Part shown: positions 53,512 through 60,501 of the stretch, piece after piece | Numbering within the stretch: position 1 is the first letter of the stretch | Layout of the letters: every line of letters begins with the position of its first letter | From: Puniceicoccales bacterium | Lineage (GTDB): Bacteria > Verrucomicrobiota > Verrucomicrobiia > Opitutales > LL51 | Direction: 5' to 3' | DNA length: 60,501 bases | NCBI GenBank assembly: GCA_031259665.1 | Contig: JAIRLD010000035.1 | Span: 1 to 60,501 of the forward strand | The notes under the pieces: model-generated | Told to the model about the DNA's origin: nothing | What the model saw: the letters and a program-made list of their open reading frames with translations, nothing else | Databases searched by the model: none | Program-made: the position numbers and the translations under genes

Positions 53512-54846
53512 ATGAAAGTGATGAAGTTAGTAACTATTTTTTTGTGGATCATTGTTGGATTTGTGGTAATGTTATTTGTTAAGTCTCATTACTCGCCCGT
53601 ATCTCTACCAAAAATAAAACTGGGCATCGATGTATTGGAAGAACGGGGGTTCGACATACTGCAAAATAAAAACATTGGCATTCTGACGAATCAGGCAGGA
53701 GTCGATTCAAAGGGTGAGTTGACATGGTCCATCTTAAAAAATACGCCCGGTATTCATTTGAAAGCTATTTTTGCCCCCGTACACGGTTTGGAAGGCAAAT
53801 TCATGTCGCTGGAAACATTTTACAATGACGAAATCGATGACATTCCCGTATATTCTGTTTTTGCATCCAATTCCCGTCCGAAGGATGAATGGCTGAAGGG
53901 ACTGGATACTGTAGTGGTGGATTTGCAAGGGGTAGGGATTCGCTACTACAACTATTGGGCATTCATGGTTTACATGATGGCGGCCTGCTTTGAAAATGGG
54001 ATTGAAGTCATCGTCTTAGATCGACCCAATCCACTGGGTGGACATTACATAGGTGGACCCATTATGGATCCGGAAAATACGTCCGTTTGGGGACCCATTG
54101 CGGGGTTACCGCTTTTTCACGGATTGACGATCGGTGAACTGGCCAATTATTGTAAAAATTTACCCGGTGGAATCGTTGCCCATAAACTTACGGAAACGGG
54201 AGTGCCTCATTTGGGACTGGAGGTATCTCCTGAAACACTTGCTGAAGGGAAATTAACCGTCATTCCCATGAGAGACTGGAAGCGCAACATGCTTTGGCAG
54301 GATACAGGATTGGACTGGGTTGGAACTTCACCTTATATTACCAATCTACAGTCCGTTTACGAATATGCCTTTACGGCATTATCTTCTTTTGTATCCATGA
54401 GTTATTACGAAACATGTTCTTTTTTAAAGTTCGAACCTTCCTGGGAAACAAGGCGACCGTGGTCAATATTTTCTTCCCGCTACGTCACAGCAACGGCAAT
54501 TATACGCTATTTTGAAAATGAAATCCCTAAAAAGCAGAAGCTAGGATTTTCTTTATCGGTTACAGGAAAGCATCACAATTCCGTTGAAATTTCAGTAAAA
54601 GATATTCGGAAAGTTACTCCCGGACTTTTCGGTTTAGAGATGTTAGCCCTTTCTCAAAAATATGCACGTTTCTATATCGATAATCAGGAAAGTATTCAAC
54701 TGGTTGCTAGTCACATGGGTGATAAAGAATTGTTAAACAAACTAAAAAAATCAGAACGCATTAGTGTGAATTATTTTAGAGATAAATGGGCAAATCAAGC
54801 CTTGCAATTTGTCGAAAAAGTCAAACCCTACCTTTTATATGAATAA
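53512..54846 (+). CDS. DUF1343 family protein (NamZ/YbbC-like exo-beta-N-acetylmuramidase), membrane-anchored
   Basis: N-terminal TM/signal (LVTIFLWIIVGFVVMLFV), then LGIDVL...IGILTNQAGVD, VVVDLQGVGIRYYNY, VLDRPNPLGG and GLTIGELA, which are the hallmark DUF1343 blocks. Confidence 0.8.
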   Translation: MKVMKLVTIFLWIIVGFVVMLFVKSHYSPVSLPKIKLGIDVLEERGFDILQNKNIGILTNQAGVDSKGELTWSILKNTPGIHLKAIFAPVHGLEGKFMSLETFYNDEIDDIPVYSVFASNSRPKDEWLKGLDTVVVDLQGVGIRYYNYWAFMVYMMAACFENGIEVIVLDRPNPLGGHYIGGPIMDPENTSVWGPIAGLPLFHGLTIGELANYCKNLPGGIVAHKLTETGVPHLGLEVSPETLAEGKLTVIPMRDWKRNMLWQDTGLDWVGTSPYITNLQSVYEYAFTALSSFVSMSYYETCSFLKFEPSWETRRPWSIFSSRYVTATAIIRYFENEIPKKQKLGFSLSVTGKHHNSVEISVKDIRKVTPGLFGLEMLALSQKYARFYIDNQESIQLVASHMGDKELLNKLKKSERISVNYFRDKWANQALQFVEKVKPYLLYE

Positions 54847-54849
54847 TTC

Positions 54850-56328
54850 TTGCTATTTCATGAGGTATTGTTTTTTTTTGTATTGGTATTTCTAGGGGGA
54901 TGCTGTAGAGGAAATCATCTGGAGCTGGGTATTGATATCGCTCAGAAGCAAAAGTTTTCGATTTTAAAAAAGAAGAAGGTGGCGCTTCTGACTCATTCTG
55001 CCGCAATGGACAGCAAGGGGAAATTGACGCTTGATATTCTTGCGGAGAGTAATGCTTTTCAGTTAAAGGCCGTTTTATTACCGGAACACGATGGCGGCTT
55101 CGATGACAAAAAATTGGAAGAACTTAAAAAGAAAAAGATCGATGTCTATTGTACCCATACGTCGACGAGCCGTTCACCACAAATAGAATGGCTAAAAGAC
55201 ATCGATATAGTCGTTGCGGACGTACATGATATTGGAATGCGTTATTACACTTATATTGCCAGTGTACTTTATGCTATGGCTAAGACTTTTAACGCGGGAA
55301 AGGAATTTATAATTTTTGACCGGACTAATCCGTTAGGTGACTCCATAGGCGGTCCGATTGTGAATGAAAAATATGTTTCTTTTTTAGCGCCAGTTTCTAG
55401 AATGCCTTTACGCCACGGTATGACGGTTGGGGAAATGGCGAATTACATTAAAAATCGCAGAGAAAATTTTGAAGTCAAATGCGACTGTGGAATGAAAGAA
55501 TGTGATCATGGTATTTTTTGCGACAAGGCAACATTAAAAAAGGGGAAATTAACAATTGTCAAAGTAAAGGGCTGGAATCGTAAAAAAAACCTCACGGAAA
55601 CGGGATCTTACAAGAAGGATTCAAAAATCGATTTTTCCCCATGGATCAAAAATGTTGCTTCTATTTTTGATTATGCAACGCTTTCCTTTTCGGTACTTTT
55701 GGCGAGTAGTTCCATTGATTTTATCGATACGCATAAAAATCCTAAATTTCCCGAAAGAAATTTCAAAACATTCGCATCGCCCCACATGAAATCTTCGGAA
55801 ATTTTAGACCATTTAAAAAAGCGATATCCGGAAAGCCTTACGGGTTACACGCTTGTTCCCACGAAAATCGAGAGAACAGTGGCGGGAAAAGTGGAAACAC
55901 TGGATGGGTTAGATCTAACGATTAAAAATTTCTCACAGACGAAACCGGATTTTTTGAATCTTGCGCTCTATTCGCTGGCGCAGGAATGGGTGCCAAAATG
56001 TGACTGGGAAGCGTTTGAAAAGACCATTGCTACGGGAAATTCCACGCAAGCGACGGCGGCAGCGCCTCCACAACCTAACGCAGTGACTCCCCTTTCGACG
56101 CGTGATTTGAAAAAATTGACATCGGATCAGCAAAAAGGTTTGCGGAAAGCGAAATGGGATCGGCTTACCCAATCGCAGCGGAAGCTGCTGCAAAAGCACA
56201 TCGGTGACGATGAGTTTCTCAATAAATTATTTAATGGCGAATCAATCGATGTGGTATATTTTCGTAACAAGTGGGATCGCGAAGCGACTAGTTTTTACAA
56301 CAAAACTAAGAAACATTACTTCTATTAG
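54850..56328 (+). CDS. Second DUF1343/NamZ-like paralog, lipoprotein-like N-terminus, extended C-terminus
   Basis: TTG start. The N-terminus VLVFLGGCC is lipobox-like. The blocks LGIDIA...VALLTHSAAMD, VVADVHDIGMRYYTY, FDRTNPLGD and GMTVGEMA follow. Confidence 0.75.
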   Translation: MLFHEVLFFFVLVFLGGCCRGNHLELGIDIAQKQKFSILKKKKVALLTHSAAMDSKGKLTLDILAESNAFQLKAVLLPEHDGGFDDKKLEELKKKKIDVYCTHTSTSRSPQIEWLKDIDIVVADVHDIGMRYYTYIASVLYAMAKTFNAGKEFIIFDRTNPLGDSIGGPIVNEKYVSFLAPVSRMPLRHGMTVGEMANYIKNRRENFEVKCDCGMKECDHGIFCDKATLKKGKLTIVKVKGWNRKKNLTETGSYKKDSKIDFSPWIKNVASIFDYATLSFSVLLASSSIDFIDTHKNPKFPERNFKTFASPHMKSSEILDHLKKRYPESLTGYTLVPTKIERTVAGKVETLDGLDLTIKNFSQTKPDFLNLALYSLAQEWVPKCDWEAFEKTIATGNSTQATAAAPPQPNAVTPLSTRDLKKLTSDQQKGLRKAKWDRLTQSQRKLLQKHIGDDEFLNKLFNGESIDVVYFRNKWDREATSFYNKTKKHYFY

Positions 56329-56392
56329 TCTTTCAAATTCCTGCAAAAAATGCTTGTCAAAGAAACACTTAAAACGATGCTAGGAGACATTA

Positions 56393-56468
<76 letters not shown>

Positions 56469-56686
56469 CCTATTATGGGTATTATAGTATGACATAATTG
56501 GCACTTTCGACTTTTTACGGTGTTCTATTTCTATGGGTAAAAATATTTCCTAAAAAACGTTTAACAAACCGAGCAATAGTTTCAAGGCTAGGGAGTGTGA
56601 GGAGGGGCGAGGATCGCGTCAGCGCACAGACCTTTTATTATCGCTAAGTCATTACAAAATAATAGTTAAATATTAATATTCCTTGT

Positions 56687-58759
56687 TTAGGAATTTATTG
56701 CTGCTTCCCGCCTTTGGATTTCATTTTGAATGATCCTTTGAATTTCTTCATCATGGACTTTCATTCTTCGCAGATCTTCGAGGGAGAGTTGTGTCAAAAG
56801 AGCATCCAAAGAAAAACTTTCGATTTGCGCAATTCCATCCCCCTGTTGCCGCACCCAATCGATGGCCATTAAATTCGACATCAAATCGACCGCATTACGT
56901 TCTTCCCGAGTAGGCGATATACTCAATGTTCCCAATTGTCCATGGCCAACAACCATTATATTCCCTGTATCGTTCAATTTTTTGCTTTCATCATTTCGAA
57001 GTGCATCCATATGGAATATTGATTTTATGGCTCCCAATAGCCGAAGGAAAATCCCTGTAATCAAACTTTCTCTATGGGAAAATTCACTACTATCCCTTGC
57101 AAAGGATTTGCCTCCTTCATCGAAAATGCAGGTCAACGTACTCGCCTGCGTCTTTTGGTGTTGGACGCGTTCTTCCTCTGTGGATGAGTTGCTCAGTGGT
57201 TTAATAAAAGTCTCATTGGGCAAATTGGAACCGAGTCCCCCATCCATGAATGTATGGGGAGTTTGAACCTGGGCACCTCCGGGTTGATATTGTGTTAAAT
57301 TCATTTCAACGGCCTTAAAGGCTCCCGGTAAAGCCATCGAAATACGCGTTGCGTAAGCGATGGGCAAATCGGGTGTATTTTGCGCATCGAAATAGATTTC
57401 TTTTCCATCCGTTGCATCCCAGCCGGTTAGTATAATCTCTTTAAAATTATTTTCAATACCTTCGCCACGGATTTTTCCTAAAAGTTCCAAATCTTTAAAG
57501 GTTAATAGGGAACTCTCTTCGCGGGGAAAAGTAACTTCTGCCGTTAAATTTCTGAGGCGACTCAATTCATGGAGTGCAAAAACATTGTTTGTTTGGGCTA
57601 GAAAATTCTGTACTGCCGGTTGTTGCAAAAATTTCCTGGCATTTTTAGCGGTTACGGTATCGATTGCCTGGATGACGCCGGCGGCATTACCCATCAACCC
57701 GAGGCCCGAAAACATACCTTCGAGGGCAGGATAATTTTTCACAGACTCTTTACTTTTTGCTTTACCTATACCAGCTTGGATCTCGTCACAAAAATTACCG
57801 AGTGCTTCAGGAGGGGTACCAAACCCTATGGCGACAGCGGCAATGGCACCCGCTGAACTGCCGGAAACGACCTTCAACTGATTTAATTTACCTGCTTTTG
57901 TGAGTGCTTCGAGTGCTCCCGCATAGCCAAATCCTTTACCACCTCCTCCGCGCAGACAAAGATTTTCAATGGCCACTTCCCTTTGTAGCACAAATTTATC
58001 CCCCGCTCGAGCAATCATTGGTGGCGCCTCTCGATGGGGCGGTCTAGGATTAAATTTATTTTCAAGGGCAAGGACGAGATCATCGACCAAAACATCTAGG
58101 GAGATAATTTGCATACGCACATCGTAATTCCTATCATTCTGCATTACTTTTGCCGCTTCAAGCAAATGGATTGAAAAATTACGAATTTCTTCCTGTAATT
58201 TTTCTAACTGTTCCGGAGGAACGCATTGTTGTAAGGTTTCAACTTTTTTTAGGAAATTATTCTGACACATTTCGGGAAGATTTTTTAATACATCCTTAGG
58301 AATTTTATTGCCCAGACGTGCTCCCTGAACGATTTTTGTCCAGGATATATCCGTTGATTCCGTTCTGGATTTTGCATTATTTTCCGGTTGTTTGATCGAA
58401 TTTGCATTTGCAAATTTTTGCAAATCCTTTTCGGCATCTCGAATGGTTGCGTCAAATTGTTGTTCAATTTCCTGAGAAAACTGATGGTCAGCTTTTTGAC
58501 CGAACGCATGAATTTGATTCAGCCAATCTTTAGCTTTTTTATCAAATTCTTCCAGCGCAGAAGGATGCATTTGAGTCAAATCGATTCTAGCGATAACATG
58601 GGCACATTCCCTTAATTTTTGTTTTACGAATTCGTTCTGAGTTGTGGCATAAACCTGTGAAAAATGCTCAAAAATTTTCGATCCGGAAGCTTGAAAAACT
58701 TTTTCAGCTCCCATAAGTTGATGCATTAGATCGATTCCTTTATCTTCAGTGATTTGCAT
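56687..58759 (-). CDS. Patatin-like phospholipase (ExoU/VipD-type architecture), candidate secreted effector
   Basis: 690 aa with no signal peptide. The oxyanion motif GGGGKG lies at 57931-57954, the nucleophile GSSAG at 57848-57865 and the catalytic Asp in FMDGGLGS at 57227-57250. There is an N-terminal non-catalytic region of about 270 aa and a C-terminal region of about 180 aa. Confidence 0.8.
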   Translation of the reverse strand: MQITEDKGIDLMHQLMGAEKVFQASGSKIFEHFSQVYATTQNEFVKQKLRECAHVIARIDLTQMHPSALEEFDKKAKDWLNQIHAFGQKADHQFSQEIEQQFDATIRDAEKDLQKFANANSIKQPENNAKSRTESTDISWTKIVQGARLGNKIPKDVLKNLPEMCQNNFLKKVETLQQCVPPEQLEKLQEEIRNFSIHLLEAAKVMQNDRNYDVRMQIISLDVLVDDLVLALENKFNPRPPHREAPPMIARAGDKFVLQREVAIENLCLRGGGGKGFGYAGALEALTKAGKLNQLKVVSGSSAGAIAAVAIGFGTPPEALGNFCDEIQAGIGKAKSKESVKNYPALEGMFSGLGLMGNAAGVIQAIDTVTAKNARKFLQQPAVQNFLAQTNNVFALHELSRLRNLTAEVTFPREESSLLTFKDLELLGKIRGEGIENNFKEIILTGWDATDGKEIYFDAQNTPDLPIAYATRISMALPGAFKAVEMNLTQYQPGGAQVQTPHTFMDGGLGSNLPNETFIKPLSNSSTEEERVQHQKTQASTLTCIFDEGGKSFARDSSEFSHRESLITGIFLRLLGAIKSIFHMDALRNDESKKLNDTGNIMVVGHGQLGTLSISPTREERNAVDLMSNLMAIDWVRQQGDGIAQIESFSLDALLTQLSLEDLRRMKVHDEEIQRIIQNEIQRREAAINS

Positions 58760-58804
58760 GAACTGAATATAATTTGGTAAATAAATTTTGCAATATTATT
58801 TCGA

Positions 58805-59172
58805 AGGGCAGAGCCTTCTAGGACTAAGGGCTGCGTGTCCTTAGAATCCACGCCAGGAGGCACCGCCCCTGGACCTGGGTTTGCGGATTGATCCAGTGGC
58901 TTTGCCACTGGATCAATCCGCAGGGGCCAGAGGCCCGCCCCGCGGCGAAGCCGCGGGGCTGCTAATTTAAGAAAAGAAAAATTAAGTGACGCGCAAATCC
59001 TGCGCAAATTGCGCAGGGTTTGCGCGTCATTAAAGGAAAAAACAAGTCAGAGAGTCTATTCTTGCCCCTTACGGCCGAGCCCGGCGCAGCATGCGCCGGG
59101 CTCCGGCCGCCGAAGGAGGTCAAGGAGTCCATGACTCCTTGATGGAGCCCAGGGGGCGGAGCCCTCTGGGCA
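58805..59172. repeat. Composite multi-hairpin repeat, cluster R4 (inverted relative to R1/R2)
   Basis: It contains the reverse-orientation series of the same modules: ctaaggg...ccttag, ccaggaggc...gcccctgg, the 39-nt hairpin at 58883-58921, ccccgcggc-gaa-gccgcgggg and a palindrome at 58988-59028. These are followed by gccgagcccggcgc-agcat-gcgccgggctccggc and caaggagtc-cat-gactccttg. It overlaps the ogt 3' end. Confidence 0.85.
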
Positions 59173-59650
59173 GAATTTTGTGTTTTACTTCAAGGGTAAG
59201 TAATTTTTGTTTTAGGTCCAAACCACCTCCGTAGCCGACGAGATTTCCCGAAGTTCCGATGACGCGATGGCAGGGAACGATGATGGGAATGGGATTATTA
59301 TGGTTCGCCATACCAACGGCACGGGCACCTTTTGGAATACCAATTTGCTTGGCAATTTCCTTATAAGAGCAGGTCACACCATAGGGAATTTTAATCAACC
59401 GTTCCCAAACGCTTTTCTGAAAATTTGTCCCCTTCAATAGAATTTGAATGTTGAAAACTTTTCGTTCACCGCGTAGATACTCCTGGATTTGATGAAAAAC
59501 ATTTTTTATTTCCTTTGTTTCACATTCGACAAATTGATCGCTTTCCAATGAATTTAGACGATCTTCATAAAAAATATTTGTTAAAAATTTTTCTTCCATT
59601 GCAATTGCAATTCGCCCTACTTCGGTTTCGTAAAAATAAATATTTTGCAT
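59120..59650 (-). CDS. ogt: Methylated-DNA-protein-cysteine methyltransferase (Ogt/MGMT)
   Basis: Active-site PCHRVIG, helix-turn-helix YKEIAKQIG and GGGLDLKQKLLTLE. The last 22 or so codons (VKHKILPRGLRPLGSIKESWTP) are encoded by repeat cluster R4. Confidence 0.9.
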   Translation of the reverse strand: MQNIYFYETEVGRIAIAMEEKFLTNIFYEDRLNSLESDQFVECETKEIKNVFHQIQEYLRGERKVFNIQILLKGTNFQKSVWERLIKIPYGVTCSYKEIAKQIGIPKGARAVGMANHNNPIPIIVPCHRVIGTSGNLVGYGGGLDLKQKLLTLEVKHKILPRGLRPLGSIKESWTP

Positions 59651-59667
59651 TGTACACCTTCGAAAAA

Positions 59668-60396
59668 ATGATTCATTGCTTTATGCAATTGGAGATTAAA
59701 AAGCAACTATATGAACTCACCGATCGGGATTACCAGAAATTTTCACAAAAATTAAATCCCGATGGAAAAAATATTCTGGGCATCCGATTGCCGAATTTGC
59801 GTAAAATAGCCAAGCAAATTGTAAAATCCGATTGGGAAACTTATCTCCGTACAGCTACAGACGATTCCTTCGAAGAAATTTTGCTCCAGGGCCTTGTTAT
59901 CGGTTATATTCGCACTCCCATCGAAAAATACTTACAATTAATTAAAGATTTCATTCCCAAAATCGACAATTGGGCAATCTGTGATACCTTTTGCGGAACG
60001 ATAAAAATTAGACCTAAGGATAGCGACATTGTTTGGAATTTTTTACAACCATTTTTCCGAGATGATCGGCCATTTTTCTTACGTTTTGCCCTAGTCATGC
60101 TCTTTAAGTTTATTGATGAAAAATATATTGCTGATATTTTTGCAACTATTTCTAAAATTCACTCCGATAATCGTTACGTCAAACTTGCCATTGCCTGGTT
60201 AACCGGGGAGTGCTGTGTCCATTTTCACGAGAAAACAATTAAATTTTTGGAGTCTAAAGTGCTCGATTCCTATGTACAAAATATCGCCATTCGAAAAATT
60301 ACGGAATCTTTTCGCATTCCCTTTAATGTTAAAATACGGATAAAACAATGCAAACCTGCCAGAGGGCTCTGGCTACCCAGAGAGCTCGGCCGCTAG
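59668..60396 (+). CDS. DNA alkylation repair protein (AlkD-like HEAT-repeat family)
   Basis: YQKFSQKLNPDGKNILGIRLPNLRKIAK, EEILLQGLVIGY and IDNWAICDTFCG are typical of the DNA_alkylation family. I moved the start to ATG 59668 (or 59683) to avoid overlap with divergent ogt. The last 15 or so codons lie in repeat cluster R5. Confidence 0.75.
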   Translation: MIHCFMQLEIKKQLYELTDRDYQKFSQKLNPDGKNILGIRLPNLRKIAKQIVKSDWETYLRTATDDSFEEILLQGLVIGYIRTPIEKYLQLIKDFIPKIDNWAICDTFCGTIKIRPKDSDIVWNFLQPFFRDDRPFFLRFALVMLFKFIDEKYIADIFATISKIHSDNRYVKLAIAWLTGECCVHFHEKTIKFLESKVLDSYVQNIAIRKITESFRIPFNVKIRIKQCKPARGLWLPRELGR

Positions 60397-60501
60397 GGTC
60401 AAGTTAGCCCCCGCGGCTTCGCCGCGGGGGTTGCTTTTTTTATTTTAATAAAAGTGTTTTTTTAAATCACCGGCCCCGCCCTCTCGTCGCTTCGCGACGA
60501 G
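60355..60501. repeat. Composite multi-hairpin repeat, cluster R5 (cut by window edge)
   Basis: ccagagggctctgg, ggccgc...ggtcaagtt and cccccgcggc-ttc-gccgcggggg are followed by a T-run (terminator-like on the plus strand). It then continues with ggccccgccctctcgtcgc-ttc-gcgacgag... Confidence 0.8.

Noticed and set aside
56469-56686. Genomic-island att site (duplicated tRNA-Lys 3' end) flanking the patatin gene
   Set aside because: I could not find a second copy of the tRNA 3' segment (ggttcgagtccccggtcagg) in the window. Island status is left as an unproven possibility.

Overview
AT-rich bacterial chromosome segment (my estimate is about 40% GC) carrying GC-rich hairpin repeats. Taxonomy cannot be fixed from sequence alone. 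A Ysc/chlamydia-like SctV plus a prepilin-type protein ending in an 'F-x-DGH' motif hint at the PVC superphylum (inference). The core of the window is a roughly 33-kb minus-strand type III secretion (T3SS) operon (42752 to 9511). Its gene order is a YscY-like TPR protein, SctV, a 413-aa acidic ORF, an uninterrupted 8,945-aa ORF (12074-38911), an LcrH/SycD-type class II chaperone, and two translocator-like membrane proteins. The giant ORF sits where Ysc/Psc systems encode LcrR/LcrG/LcrV. It has no Sec-like N-terminus, carries a PxLxxP hexapeptide at residues 20-25, and has a bilobed hydrophobic domain about 335 aa from its C-terminus. Next to the operon (42.9-52.3 kb) is an array of about 10 fast-diverging genes for signal-peptide proteins. 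They share promoter/leader/signal-peptide and 3'-terminator modules, and the array also holds relic gene ends, a homopolymer frameshift and many in-frame tandem repeats. Five clusters of a modular multi-hairpin repeat with compensatory stem changes occupy intergenic regions and supply the stop codons of some genes. The remaining genes are a CysJ-like reductase, yhaM-like, comM, metG, accD, two DUF1343/NamZ paralogs, tRNA-Lys(CUU), an ExoU-like patatin phospholipase, ogt and an AlkD-like repair gene. All family assignments come from reading motifs; no searches were run.
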